From: Candidatus Pelagibacterales bacterium
GTDB lineage: Bacteria; Pseudomonadota; Alphaproteobacteria; Pelagibacterales; AG-422-B15
Assembly (NCBI GenBank): GCA_045567365.1
Contig: JBJLDC010000015.1
Span: 20,559 to 84,558, forward strand
Length of the DNA: 64,000 nucleotides
Reading direction: 5' to 3'
Shown piece by piece: positions 48,195-59,599 of this stretch (positions within the stretch are counted from its first letter, which is position 1; every line of letters starts with the position of its first letter). Made by a program: the position numbers and the translations under genes. The notes under the pieces were generated by a model. The model did not search any database. It was not told where the DNA came from and worked only from the letters and a program-made list of their open reading frames with translations.

Positions 48195-49253
48195 CTATGC
48201 ACTAATGGCCTTATCATGAATAGATAAATTTTTCTCAAACTCACTAAGTCGTTTAATTATAGATCTTAATTCAGTTATCGTTGTCCAATTTTGAAGGAAT
48301 AGATCAAAGCTACCATGCACTCTTTGGAACGCATTGCTAACTTGAACAACTGTTCCCAACATTATTGCTCCAGTGAATAAACCTGGACCTACAATTAAAT
48401 AAGGTACAATAACCATAAATTGACCATAACTATTTTGCCAAACATCAAAATATCCATAGTGCATATACAGTCTTTGATAATTAAACCTTATTCCTAGGAA
48501 TAATTCCCATAATCTTTCTGGCTGAGCATAATTTGTTTTGTCATCCTCTCCTAGCACCAAGTCTTTTCTAAATGCTGCTTCTACTTTTTGATTGTTATAT
48601 TCTAAACCAGGAAGCTTTATTCCTACAAACCAAGAAATTATTAGCCCTCCAATGGAAACCAATAATGCCGTCCAAACTAAAGATCCTTCATAATCCCTTA
48701 GAATAGGAATATCCACACTTTCAGATAGTGTCCACAATACAGGAAGGAATGCGATCAAAGTCATGATTGCTCTGACTGCTTGCAAACCTAGACTTTCTAC
48801 AATCCTTGCAAAACGATTGCAGTCTTCTTGGATCCTCTGACTAGCGCCCTCAATTTCTACCTCAACGTTTCTCCATCTTGGAATATAATCAAAAGTTATG
48901 GATTCTCTCCATCTCAATCCATAAATCCGAGTAAACCAGCCTGTAAAAGTTGCCAAAATAACATATGGCATGGCGATAACTAAGAAACTAGGCTCTACTG
49001 ATGTACTTTGATCTACGGATGCACTTTGTGTAAAATACTTTATAGAAATTAATTTTTCATAAAATAATGAAATTCCACTTTGAGGATCATCAGAATATTT
49101 CTCAGCATTTTGAAGTAAATCGTAAAACCCCCCGTACCAAGTATTAATGGCAACGGTTAATTGAACTTGTATCCAGAGAGAGAGAACTAAAACTGAACCT
49201 CCTCCATAAGCCCAATAAAACCATTTACGTGTATAATAAAAACATTTAACCAT
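48195..49253 (-). CDS. SbmA/BacA-family inner-membrane transporter homolog
   Basis: 352 aa polytopic protein. N-terminal WFYWAYGG...INTWYGGFYDLLQ and RWRESIT blocks resemble SbmA/BacA. Confidence 0.7.
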   Translation of the reverse strand: MVKCFYYTRKWFYWAYGGGSVLVLSLWIQVQLTVAINTWYGGFYDLLQNAEKYSDDPQSGISLFYEKLISIKYFTQSASVDQSTSVEPSFLVIAMPYVILATFTGWFTRIYGLRWRESITFDYIPRWRNVEVEIEGASQRIQEDCNRFARIVESLGLQAVRAIMTLIAFLPVLWTLSESVDIPILRDYEGSLVWTALLVSIGGLIISWFVGIKLPGLEYNNQKVEAAFRKDLVLGEDDKTNYAQPERLWELFLGIRFNYQRLYMHYGYFDVWQNSYGQFMVIVPYLIVGPGLFTGAIMLGTVVQVSNAFQRVHGSFDLFLQNWTTITELRSIIKRLSEFEKNLSIHDKAISA

Positions 49254-49289
49254 AATTTAAATTTTGATCTGTTTCATTTATCTTGATTT

Positions 49290-49589
49290 TTAAAATTGAT
49301 CTTCAATAAACTCTTCTAGAGATCCAGTTTCAACTTCCTCATCATTGGCTTTAGTTATTTCAGATGAGCTAGAACTATCTAAGATCAATGATTCAATATC
49401 AGAAGTTTCATTTTCAACTCTTTCAGATGACTCAATGTCTAATTCTTCTCCTTCACCAGGTGGAGTTAATTCAAAATCTGGTGGTATTTCAAGCGCTCTT
49501 TGTTTCAAGGATGTAAAATCATTTGATTGATTTGACGAACATCCAACTAAAAAAATTGTTAGTATTAGTAATATTAATAATCTATGCAT
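49290..49589 (-). CDS. Small acidic lipoprotein, DUF3035-like
   Basis: 99 aa. Lipobox FLVGC, then PPDFELTPPG. The position downstream of lspA is typical in alphaproteobacteria. Confidence 0.55.
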   Translation of the reverse strand: MHRLLILLILTIFLVGCSSNQSNDFTSLKQRALEIPPDFELTPPGEGEELDIESSERVENETSDIESLILDSSSSSEITKANDEEVETGSLEEFIEDQF

Positions 49590-50085
49590 TTTCTTTTTTA
49601 TTTTTACCTGAAAATAATTCCAGAATAATAACCAGTAAACATCCTACTGTGATGGTTATATCAGCAAAATTAAACACATACCAATGGTAATTCATATAAT
49701 GAATATCAATAAAATCTAATACAGCCTGATATAAAAATCGATCGATTAAATTTCCAATCGCCCCTCCTATTATAAGACTGAACGCAAAATAATATATTTT
49801 TTTATTAATTTTTATTGCATAGAAAAATAAAAAAATAATCAAAACAAGCATGATTATCATATAAAAGTTATTAATTGATTGAAGATCATTTTGAAATAAG
49901 CCAAAAGCAAATCCCTTATTCCATATTAAATATAAATTAAAGTAGTCATTTATTTTTTCCATGAATTGAGAATTAAGATGACTAGTGTTTATATTATAAA
50001 TATTGATCAAATAAAATTTAATTGCTTGATCAATACCGGCAAAAAGAATTATAAAGAAAGAGAAATTTCTTATTTTACTTAGCAT
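49582..50085 (-). CDS. lspA: Lipoprotein signal peptidase II
   Basis: 167 aa, 4 TM. NKGFAFG, GGAIGNLIDR, and FNFADITI motifs. Confidence 0.9.
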   Translation of the reverse strand: MLSKIRNFSFFIILFAGIDQAIKFYLINIYNINTSHLNSQFMEKINDYFNLYLIWNKGFAFGLFQNDLQSINNFYMIIMLVLIIFLFFYAIKINKKIYYFAFSLIIGGAIGNLIDRFLYQAVLDFIDIHYMNYHWYVFNFADITITVGCLLVIILELFSGKNKKENA

Positions 50086-52896
50086 TTATTCAATTACTTC
50101 TTTACAGCGAATGCATACGTTATCCGTAAGTTTAGAAAAATACTTCCAGCAGCGTTCACATTTTTGACCGTCTACTCTTGAAACCAACACGCCAATAGAT
50201 TTGTCATCATCTAAAGTGTAACAATTATCGGGTAAATCTTCTTTTTTTATTTCTATCTTTGATACAATTGAAACTTGCTCAACCATTTCGTTATTTACTA
50301 AACTAATTTTTTTATCATCATTTATGAACAAAATAACTGAAGCTTCAAGACTAGATCCTATTGTTTTATTCTTTCTTTCTACTTCAATAGCACCATTAAT
50401 TAACTTCTTTAATTTTTTATAAAAACTCCAACTCTCATCAAGATCATTTCTTATCCATGTTTCATCAATCGAACAAAAATTCTCATTGTGTATACTATTG
50501 TTAGATCCCATACGGCTTTGCCAAGCTTCTTCAATTGTAAAACATAAAATTGGAGCCAATAATCTCAATAAATGGTGAAAGAGGATATCGAGAACAGTCT
50601 GAGTAGAGCGTCTTATTTTTGAACTTTTTGAATCACAATAAAGAGAGTCTTTTCGAATATCAAAATAAAAGGATGATAATTCATTGGTACAAAAATTAAA
50701 TATTAAGGTGAATACTTTCTGATATTCAAAAATTTCATAATTTTTTAACACATTTTTTTCTAAGATAGCTAACTGTGATAATATATATTTATCTAAATCA
50801 GTAAGATCACTATATTCCAATGAAGAATCTTCTGAAAAGTCAGATAAATTACCTAAAATAAATCTTATGGTATTTCTCAGCCTTCTATAAGTATCAACAT
50901 TACTTTTAATTATTTCTGATCCAATTTTTAAATCTTCTGAAAAATCACTGTTAGCAACCCACAATCTTAAAATATCCGCACCTGACTTTTCAATCACTTC
51001 AGCTGGAGAAACTATATTATTTGATGATTTGCTCATTTTTGCCCCATCTTCATGCAGAACAAATCCATGAGTCAAAACTGACTCATATGGAGCGGTACCT
51101 CTTGTTCCACAAGACTCTAAGAGTGATGAGTGAAACCATCCTCTATGTTGATCTGTTCCTTCTAGATAAAGAGACGCTGGCCATGGTTCATCATTATCTT
51201 CCAATACGAATGCATGAGTACAGCCAGAGTCAAACCAAACGTCTAGGATGTCATCAACTTTTTCAAAACTACTAGGATCTTCATATCCTTCTAGCCACTC
51301 CTCTTTAGAGTATTTAAACCATGCATCAGACCCCTCTTCCGCAAATAGCTTAATAATCTTTTTATTGAGCTCGGTATTTATAAGAGGAGCGCCTGTTTTC
51401 TTCTCATAAAATATGGAAAGAGGAACCCCCCACGCTCTTTGACGTGACACAACCCAATCAGGTCTATTCTCAATCATAGAAAATATTCTTTTTTTACCTT
51501 GATCAGGGAACCATTTCACTTTTTCAATTGAATCTAGTGCTTTTTTTCTCAATTCATTAGCTTCCATTCCAATAAACCATTGTGGTGTATTGCGAAAGAT
51601 AACAGGTGCTTTTGATCTCCACGAATGAGGATAGCTATGACGAAGAGAACCTTTTCCTACGAGTGCTTTATTATTTTTTAATTCAATGATTACAGCGACA
51701 TTTGCTTCAGCATCAGACCCATCTTCATTAAAAATTTTTTTACCTGCAAATATTGGAACATGATCAAAATATTTTCCATCACCATCAACTGTTTCAGGAA
51801 CATCAATATTATTCTTGATGCCTAATTCATAGTCATCTGGACCATGTCCAGGTGCGATATGTACAAGTCCTGTTCCTTGATCAAGAGTAACATAATCTGC
51901 CGAATATAATTTTACATTAAAATCATATCCACCATCTCTAAATGGATGAGAGCATTTTAAGCTGCTAATATCTTTTATATCTTTAATTTTATTAAAAGAT
52001 TTAATTCTACATTCTGATTTTACCGCTTCCTCAAGATCTGATGCAAATATTAGTAAATCACCCTTTTGTGCATGACTATCATCAGAAATATCATCTACCT
52101 TAAATAAAGAATATTTTATGTCTTCGCCAAAAGCTATCGCTCTATTTCCAGGAATAGTCCAAGGCGTGGTTGTCCAAATTACGACTGATGCATTTAATAA
52201 ATCTGGATCATTTGACTCTAAGATTGGAAACTTTACGTATATCCAAGTTGACTTATGTTCTTTGTACTCAATTTCAGCTTCTGCTAATGCAGTTTTTTCA
52301 ACTGTCGACCACATTACAGGCTTGGAACCTCTGAACAAACTTCCATTTTCTAAAAATTTAAAAAATTCTTTTACAATAGTAGACTCTGCATTGAAAGACA
52401 TAGTCGTGTATGGATTTGACCAATCTCCAATCACTCCAAGTCTAATAAATTCTTCTCGCTGGATATCTATCCATTTGGAAGCAAACTCTCTACATTCTTT
52501 TCTAAATTGAATGATATCTACTTCATCTTTATTTAATCCTTTTTCCCTATATTGCTCCTCAATCTTCCATTCAATTGGCAGTCCATGACAATCCCAGCCA
52601 GGAATATATGAACTATCTTTATTTAACATTTGTTGTGATCGAACAACAAAATCTTTTAAAATTTTATTTAGAGCGTGACCTATATGAAGATGTCCATTCG
52701 CATATGGTGGGCCATCGTGTAAGACAAATTTCTCTTTTCCTTTTGATTGATTACGTAAAGACTCATAAATTTTTTTTTCAGACCATTGATTTAAGATTAA
52801 TGGCTCTTGTTCTGGAAGGCCAGCTCTCATAGCAAAGCTGGTTTTAGGTAAAAATAATGTTTCGCTAAAATCTATTTTTTCATCCTTAGCTGTCAT
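50086..52896 (-). CDS. ileS: Isoleucine--tRNA ligase
   Basis: 936 aa. PYANGHLHIGHALN (HIGH), AKMSKSSNN (KMSKS), editing domain, and a C-terminal CERCW...CIRC zinc knuckle. Confidence 0.96.
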   Translation of the reverse strand: MTAKDEKIDFSETLFLPKTSFAMRAGLPEQEPLILNQWSEKKIYESLRNQSKGKEKFVLHDGPPYANGHLHIGHALNKILKDFVVRSQQMLNKDSSYIPGWDCHGLPIEWKIEEQYREKGLNKDEVDIIQFRKECREFASKWIDIQREEFIRLGVIGDWSNPYTTMSFNAESTIVKEFFKFLENGSLFRGSKPVMWSTVEKTALAEAEIEYKEHKSTWIYVKFPILESNDPDLLNASVVIWTTTPWTIPGNRAIAFGEDIKYSLFKVDDISDDSHAQKGDLLIFASDLEEAVKSECRIKSFNKIKDIKDISSLKCSHPFRDGGYDFNVKLYSADYVTLDQGTGLVHIAPGHGPDDYELGIKNNIDVPETVDGDGKYFDHVPIFAGKKIFNEDGSDAEANVAVIIELKNNKALVGKGSLRHSYPHSWRSKAPVIFRNTPQWFIGMEANELRKKALDSIEKVKWFPDQGKKRIFSMIENRPDWVVSRQRAWGVPLSIFYEKKTGAPLINTELNKKIIKLFAEEGSDAWFKYSKEEWLEGYEDPSSFEKVDDILDVWFDSGCTHAFVLEDNDEPWPASLYLEGTDQHRGWFHSSLLESCGTRGTAPYESVLTHGFVLHEDGAKMSKSSNNIVSPAEVIEKSGADILRLWVANSDFSEDLKIGSEIIKSNVDTYRRLRNTIRFILGNLSDFSEDSSLEYSDLTDLDKYILSQLAILEKNVLKNYEIFEYQKVFTLIFNFCTNELSSFYFDIRKDSLYCDSKSSKIRRSTQTVLDILFHHLLRLLAPILCFTIEEAWQSRMGSNNSIHNENFCSIDETWIRNDLDESWSFYKKLKKLINGAIEVERKNKTIGSSLEASVILFINDDKKISLVNNEMVEQVSIVSKIEIKKEDLPDNCYTLDDDKSIGVLVSRVDGQKCERCWKYFSKLTDNVCIRCKEVIE

Positions 52897-52901
52897 GTTA
52901 C

Positions 52902-53861
52902 TTATCTTAAGATTTGTTTTGCTTTTAAAATATCTTTATTTAACTGTATTTTTAGAGAGTCGATACCTGAAAATTTTTTTTCATTACGTATGAAATCAAT
53001 AAAATTCACTTTTAAAGTAGAATTATAAATATTCAAATTAAAATCAAATAAATATACTTCTAATAATGGCTTTTTTTTATTAAATGTAGGTCGAATTCCA
53101 AAATTTGCTATGCCTTTATAATCCATATTTCTTTTACTTTTATTAATAATTTTAACTGTTACAGCATAGACGCCATAGTTTGGTTGAGAGTAACCTTCAA
53201 TTTCAATATTAGCTGTAGGAAATCCAATGAGTCTTCCTCTTTGATCTCCTTTTATAACCTTTCCAAAGACAAACCATGATCTTCCTAATATTTTGTTTGC
53301 TAATTTTATCTTTCCATCTTCAATTGCTAATCTGACATTTGAAGAAGAAAATATTTTTTTCTTGAAATATTTTGCTAATGAAACTGGAAGCTTAAAAATA
53401 CTTACAGGAGAAACCAAAAAATCATTCTTCTTTCCAAAATCTTTTAAGTATTTATAGTCACCGCTTCTATTGTTACCAAACTTAAAATTTTTTCCTACAA
53501 AAATATATTTCATTTGAATTCCATCACGCAGTATTTTGCTACAAAAATAATGAGGAGTCATTTTTGCAACTGAACTAGAAAATTTTAGTATTATTACGTA
53601 ATCTACCCCATAATTTTTTAGGATTTCACACCTTTTATCAATTTGAGTGAGTAAAAAATTTCTTTTTTCTTTCTTAAAAAAAATTTTTGGATGAGGATCA
53701 AATAGCAATACTCCAACTTTTTTATTTTTTTTTGACTGAATTTTTTTTGCAGAATTAATTATTTTTTGATGACCTCGGTGAACACCATCAAAATTTCCTA
53801 ATAAGAGAATCGAATCCTTAGTATGTTCTGCTATAGACTTATAATTAGTAAAAATTTTCAT
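52902..53861 (-). CDS. ribF: Bifunctional riboflavin kinase / FMN adenylyltransferase
   Basis: 319 aa. LGNFDGVHRGHQ, GDQRGRLIGFPTANI, and LEVYLFDF. Confidence 0.92.
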   Translation of the reverse strand: MKIFTNYKSIAEHTKDSILLLGNFDGVHRGHQKIINSAKKIQSKKNKKVGVLLFDPHPKIFFKKEKRNFLLTQIDKRCEILKNYGVDYVIILKFSSSVAKMTPHYFCSKILRDGIQMKYIFVGKNFKFGNNRSGDYKYLKDFGKKNDFLVSPVSIFKLPVSLAKYFKKKIFSSSNVRLAIEDGKIKLANKILGRSWFVFGKVIKGDQRGRLIGFPTANIEIEGYSQPNYGVYAVTVKIINKSKRNMDYKGIANFGIRPTFNKKKPLLEVYLFDFNLNIYNSTLKVNFIDFIRNEKKFSGIDSLKIQLNKDILKAKQILR

Positions 53862-54718
53862 AATTTAAGAGATTTAACTATATTTATTTGATCAGGCTCG
53901 TGATTAAGATATGAATTAAAAAAATTTTTAATATCAACTGTATTGATGATTTCATCTTTGTGAATTCCTGTTTCAACAAAAATAGAATTAATACCAAAAT
54001 TATTAGCTCCTTTTATATCTGTTCTAACACTATCACCTATTGCTATCATTTGAGATTTGTTTTCAATAAGTCCCTCATTTAATGCATTTTCTAAAGCGTG
54101 GTTGTAAATTTCTTGATATGGCTTTCCATAATATCTTACCTTTCCACCCAACTCAGAATAAAATTCAGCAATACTTCCTGCGCAAAATATTTTCCTTTCT
54201 CCTCTAATAACAATTAGATCAGGATTAGCGCATACCATTGGTAAATTCAGTTTAATCATCTCTGATAAAATATTTTTATAGTCTTCTGGAGTCTGTTGTT
54301 CATCATCATCAAATCCAGTGCATAAAGCAAAATCAGCATTACTTAATGTCTCAACTTTTTCAATTTGAATATCTTCTAAAAGGTCATAATCTTTAGGTGG
54401 TCCAATATGAAAATACTTATAGCCATGATTAAATTTATTAATCATATTTATGGTAATATCTCCTGATGAAACTATTGAATGAAATAAATTTTTTGACAGG
54501 CCAAGCTTCTCTATTAATCCTGACTCAACAACTGAATTAGGCCTTGGAGCATTAGAAATAAAAATTACTTTTATTTTACGTTCATTCATGTACTCAAGAA
54601 AAACTCTGCTATCTGAGAAAACTTCCTTACCATTATGAATAACGCCCCATAAATCACAAAGAATAACTTTTGAGTCTTTAATAAAATTATTAAGGTCTTC
54701 GATATAGTTAATTAACAT
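53858..54718 (-). CDS. HAD-superfamily class IIA hydrolase (TIGR01459-like)
   Basis: LCDLWGVIHNG motif I, ISNAPR, and GDSVRTDIKGA. The internal ATG at 54718 is preferred because it leaves a 66-bp divergent spacer. The track start at 54781 would abut the neighbouring gene. Confidence 0.75.
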   Translation of the reverse strand: MLINYIEDLNNFIKDSKVILCDLWGVIHNGKEVFSDSRVFLEYMNERKIKVIFISNAPRPNSVVESGLIEKLGLSKNLFHSIVSSGDITINMINKFNHGYKYFHIGPPKDYDLLEDIQIEKVETLSNADFALCTGFDDDEQQTPEDYKNILSEMIKLNLPMVCANPDLIVIRGERKIFCAGSIAEFYSELGGKVRYYGKPYQEIYNHALENALNEGLIENKSQMIAIGDSVRTDIKGANNFGINSIFVETGIHKDEIINTVDIKNFFNSYLNHEPDQINIVKSLKL

Positions 54719-54784
54719 AAATTTTAGTATTGCATAATTTGAATTTAATAACTTATAATAAACAATTAACTTCTGTATCAATTT

Positions 54785-55558
54785 ATGTCATCTCTTTTTG
54801 ATCTAACTGGAAAAAGTGCAATAATTACTGGGTCTTCTAGAGGTATTGGTAAAGCAATTGCTCATCGAATGGCACAGCATGGTGCAAAGGTTGTCATAAC
54901 CAGTCGGAAGCTTGATGCGTGTGAAAAGGTTTCTGCTGAAATAAATAACGAATTTGGTAGCGATGCATCTATTTCTATCGCATGCAATATTTCTGATAAA
55001 GATCAATTAAAAAACTTATACGCCAAATCAAAAGAATGGTGTGGTAATATTAGTACCCTCGTTTGCAATGCTGCGGTTAATCCATATTTTGGTCCATCGA
55101 TTAACACTCCTGATGAAGCTTTTGAAAAAATAATGAAATCAAATGTTCAAAGTAATTTTTGGCTATGCAATGAAGCTTTGCCTGACATGACATCAATGAA
55201 ATCTGGCTCTATTATTATTATATCTTCGATTGCGGGACTTCAAGGAACTCCTGTTCTTGGAGCATATGCAATTTCTAAGGCAGCTGACTCACAGCTTGCA
55301 AGAAATATAGCTGTTGAATATGGCATGAATAATGTTAGAGCAAATTGCATTTCACCTGGATTAATTAAGACAGACTTTGCAAGGGCTTTATGGGAAAATG
55401 AAAGTATTTTAAAGGCAGCTACTTCCCATTCAGCTTTAAAAAGAATTGGAATGCCTGATGAGATAGCTGGGGCCGCTGTTTTTTTAGCGTCTGAAGCAGG
55501 AGCATTTGTGACAGGTCAAAACCTCATTATCAATGGTGGCGAAGCACCCGGCCTCTAA
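54785..55558 (+). CDS. Short-chain dehydrogenase/reductase
   Basis: 257 aa. ITGSSRGIGKA, NAAVN, and YAISKAA catalytic motif. Confidence 0.85.
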   Translation: MSSLFDLTGKSAIITGSSRGIGKAIAHRMAQHGAKVVITSRKLDACEKVSAEINNEFGSDASISIACNISDKDQLKNLYAKSKEWCGNISTLVCNAAVNPYFGPSINTPDEAFEKIMKSNVQSNFWLCNEALPDMTSMKSGSIIIISSIAGLQGTPVLGAYAISKAADSQLARNIAVEYGMNNVRANCISPGLIKTDFARALWENESILKAATSHSALKRIGMPDEIAGAAVFLASEAGAFVTGQNLIINGGEAPGL

Positions 55559-55620
55559 GAAATCTTCAATTTGCAAAAAAAAGTTTATTTTTTCCCATAA
55601 ATCAAAGAAATATCCACCTC

Positions 55621-55649
55621 TTGACAGTTAGGTTCACAATCACTATATG
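55621..55649 (+). promoter_or_regulatory. Candidate groESL promoter (TTGACA-17 nt-TATATG; also CTTG...CTATAT, loosely RpoH-like)
   Basis: TTGACA at 55621-55626 and TATATG at 55644-55649, about 55 nt upstream of groES. No CIRCE inverted repeat is present. Confidence 0.35.
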
Positions 55650-55705
55650 CCATGTTAGTTAGCATAAAATGCAACTTTAAATTTAAATATTAGGAGACAT
55701 AAACA

Positions 55706-56026
55706 ATGGATTTTCGCCCTTTACACGACAGAGTCTTAGTAAGAAGACTTGATAGCGAAGAAAAAACTGCAGGTGGAATAATTATTCCAGACACAGCTCA
55801 AGAAAAACCTCAAGAAGGTGAGATTATTGCTGTTGGATCAGGTAATAAAAGTGAAGATGGCAAAGTTACGCCTTTGGATCTGTCTGTAGGTGATAAAGTA
55901 TTATTCGGCAAATGGTCAGGAACAGAAGTTAAGATCAATGGTGAAGAGCTTTGCATCATGAAAGAGTCAGACATCATGGGAATAATTACTACAAAATCTA
56001 AAGCTAAATCAAAAAAGAAAAAATAA
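55706..56026 (+). CDS. groES: Co-chaperonin GroES with a lysine-rich C-terminal tail
   Basis: 106 aa. [12 protein letters not shown]...[22 protein letters not shown] core, and an extra [12 protein letters not shown] tail. Confidence 0.95.
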   Translation: MDFRPLHDRVLVRRLDSEEKTAGGIIIPDTAQEKPQEGEIIAVGSGNKSEDGKVTPLDLSVGDKVLFGKWSGTEVKINGEELCIMKESDIMGIITTKSKAKSKKKK

Positions 56027-56037
56027 TATTTCAATAA

Positions 56038-57708
<1,671 letters not shown>

Positions 57709-57728
57709 TTCAACCTAATTTAAGTTAT

Positions 57729-57763
57729 AAAAAAAACCCGGCTCTAATGCCGGGTTTTTTTTT
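57729..57763. terminator. Bidirectional intrinsic terminator between groEL and hisG
   Basis: A8 - CCCGGC - tctaat - GCCGGG - T9. The GC stem is flanked by an A-run and a T-run, so it can serve both convergent transcripts. Confidence 0.8.
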
Positions 57764-58466
57764 ATTTAATTAGATGGATAAAATGATTACACGCTTCATT
57801 TAAATTATCATTCCAATCAATGCTTTTTGATTTAAAAATTGCAGCAGAAGATTTTAATATTAATCCATCATCAAGTACTCGTAAATTATTAGCCTTCAAG
57901 GTTTGACCAGTAGATGTTATATCTGAAATGATATCTGCAAATCCATTAAATGGAGCGCTTTCGGTAGAACCATGACTTTCTACAGTCCTATAATCGACTA
58001 CACCCCGATTTGAAAAAAAACTATTAGTAAGATTCGGATACTTAGTTGCTACTCTAATTCTTTTTGAAGTTTTCATTCTTTGAAAATTACTCACTTCTTC
58101 AAGGTCAGCCATACTTATGACATCGATCCATAAATTTGGAATTGCAACTACTAAATCTGCCTTACCAAAGTCTAATTGTAATAATTTATCTACTTTTGCA
58201 TCAAAATTTCTAATCTTTTCTTGAACTAAATCATCACATGTCAATCCTAGGTGAATAGATCCCTCATCAAGACGACCAGTAATTTCTTTTGCTGACAAAA
58301 AATAAATTAATAAATTATCTAAACCATCAATTCTAGCTAAATAATTTCGGTCTTCAGTTTGATTAGATATCTTGATGTTTTTAGATACAAATAGAGCATC
58401 TAAATCTTTTCTCAGACGACCCTTACTTGGAAGAGCTATTTTAATTTTATCTTTATTGTCAAACAT
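57762..58466 (-). CDS. hisG: ATP phosphoribosyltransferase, short (HisZ-dependent) form
   Basis: 234 aa. IALPSKGRL N-terminus and DIISDITSTGQTL. It sits downstream of hisZ. Confidence 0.9.
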   Translation of the reverse strand: MFDNKDKIKIALPSKGRLRKDLDALFVSKNIKISNQTEDRNYLARIDGLDNLLIYFLSAKEITGRLDEGSIHLGLTCDDLVQEKIRNFDAKVDKLLQLDFGKADLVVAIPNLWIDVISMADLEEVSNFQRMKTSKRIRVATKYPNLTNSFFSNRGVVDYRTVESHGSTESAPFNGFADIISDITSTGQTLKANNLRVLDDGLILKSSAAIFKSKSIDWNDNLNEACNHFIHLIK

Positions 58467-59595
58467 TGGTTAAAGCCTTCAAAATATTATTATTATTTGT
58501 AGCAAAGCCTACTGCTGAGAATTGATCTTTATCTTCAAGGGCATTTAAAAGCTTATCATAACGACCACCAGATATTAGGACATCTGAATTAAGATCATTA
58601 GTTATCTCAAAAATGATACCATCATAAAATTCAATTGAATGGCCAAAGTCACAATCGAAATAAATTGGTTTAGCTGATATCTTTATTAGATTAGATGACA
58701 GTTGATTTAACATTTCTTGCCCCACATCAAACCTTTGAATATCAAAATCATTTATAAATTTATTCATTTGATCATCGATTGATTGAATTGGACCATTTAA
58801 AGAAAGAAATTCATTAATAACTTTTTGAATTTCTTTTCCTTGTTTTGAAGATACAACACTCTCACTTTTAAGATTAAAACGGGAGGCAATTTCATCAATT
58901 GTTCTTGATCCAGTTTTTAACTGGTCTTCATTTAGTAAAATATCCTTTATTTCCTCATTGACTATTTTATCATCTCCAAAAACATCTCTGATGATATTTG
59001 ATTTTCTCTCTTTATCATATCCAACTCCATCACTAATACGATTTAATAGCTTATCAAAATAATCTCGGCGATAAAAATGTCTTAATAGCCTTTGCTTCCA
59101 CCTTTGCGGAAGATCAAGTGAGTTGATGAATAAATTAAATAATGAAATACTACTAATGCGTATACTAAAATCATTTATACCAATTTGATTAATGGTTTCA
59201 ATCGCTAGATTTATTGCCTGAAATTCCTTTTCATAATTGGATATTTTAGAACTATCTTTATATATAATTTCAATACCTGACTGATTTAATTCAAGAGACT
59301 GTTCAGTAGAAGTCAGTGAGGATCTAAATACTGGACCACTGTAGCATAGTTGTCCATTTTCAAATTTATTTATATTTTCAAGAAAATATTTACACGTAGG
59401 TATAGTTAGATCAGGACGAAGGCACATTTCGTCACCAGAAATATTCGTAAAAGAAAACATTTTTCGCCTTATATCTTCTCCAGAAGTTTCATAAAATACC
59501 TCAGAATTAAAAACTAATGGAAGATCCACATACTGAAAATTATTTTCAGTAAATAAATTTTTTAGGAAAATATTTATATCTTGGATAGAATTCAT
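58459..59595 (-). CDS. hisZ: ATP phosphoribosyltransferase regulatory subunit
   Basis: 378 aa HisRS paralog lacking the anticodon-binding domain (LRPDLTIP, GGRYDKL), located between hisS and hisG. Confidence 0.85.
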   Translation of the reverse strand: MNSIQDINIFLKNLFTENNFQYVDLPLVFNSEVFYETSGEDIRRKMFSFTNISGDEMCLRPDLTIPTCKYFLENINKFENGQLCYSGPVFRSSLTSTEQSLELNQSGIEIIYKDSSKISNYEKEFQAINLAIETINQIGINDFSIRISSISLFNLFINSLDLPQRWKQRLLRHFYRRDYFDKLLNRISDGVGYDKERKSNIIRDVFGDDKIVNEEIKDILLNEDQLKTGSRTIDEIASRFNLKSESVVSSKQGKEIQKVINEFLSLNGPIQSIDDQMNKFINDFDIQRFDVGQEMLNQLSSNLIKISAKPIYFDCDFGHSIEFYDGIIFEITNDLNSDVLISGGRYDKLLNALEDKDQFSAVGFATNNNNILKALTNV

Positions 59596-59599
59596 GAAA

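Noticed and set aside
52118-52510. A 130-aa plus-strand ORF, and neighbouring 84-85-aa ORFs, antisense to ileS.
   Set aside because: They lie entirely within ileS on the opposite strand and have no family resemblance, so they are treated as shadow ORFs.
55559-55705. I looked for a CIRCE (TTAGCACTC-N9-GAGTGCTAA) HrcA operator upstream of groES. The string TTAGCAtaaaaTGCAAC caught the eye.
   Set aside because: The two halves are not complementary and no inverted repeat of CIRCE quality is present. Only a promoter-like element is reported.
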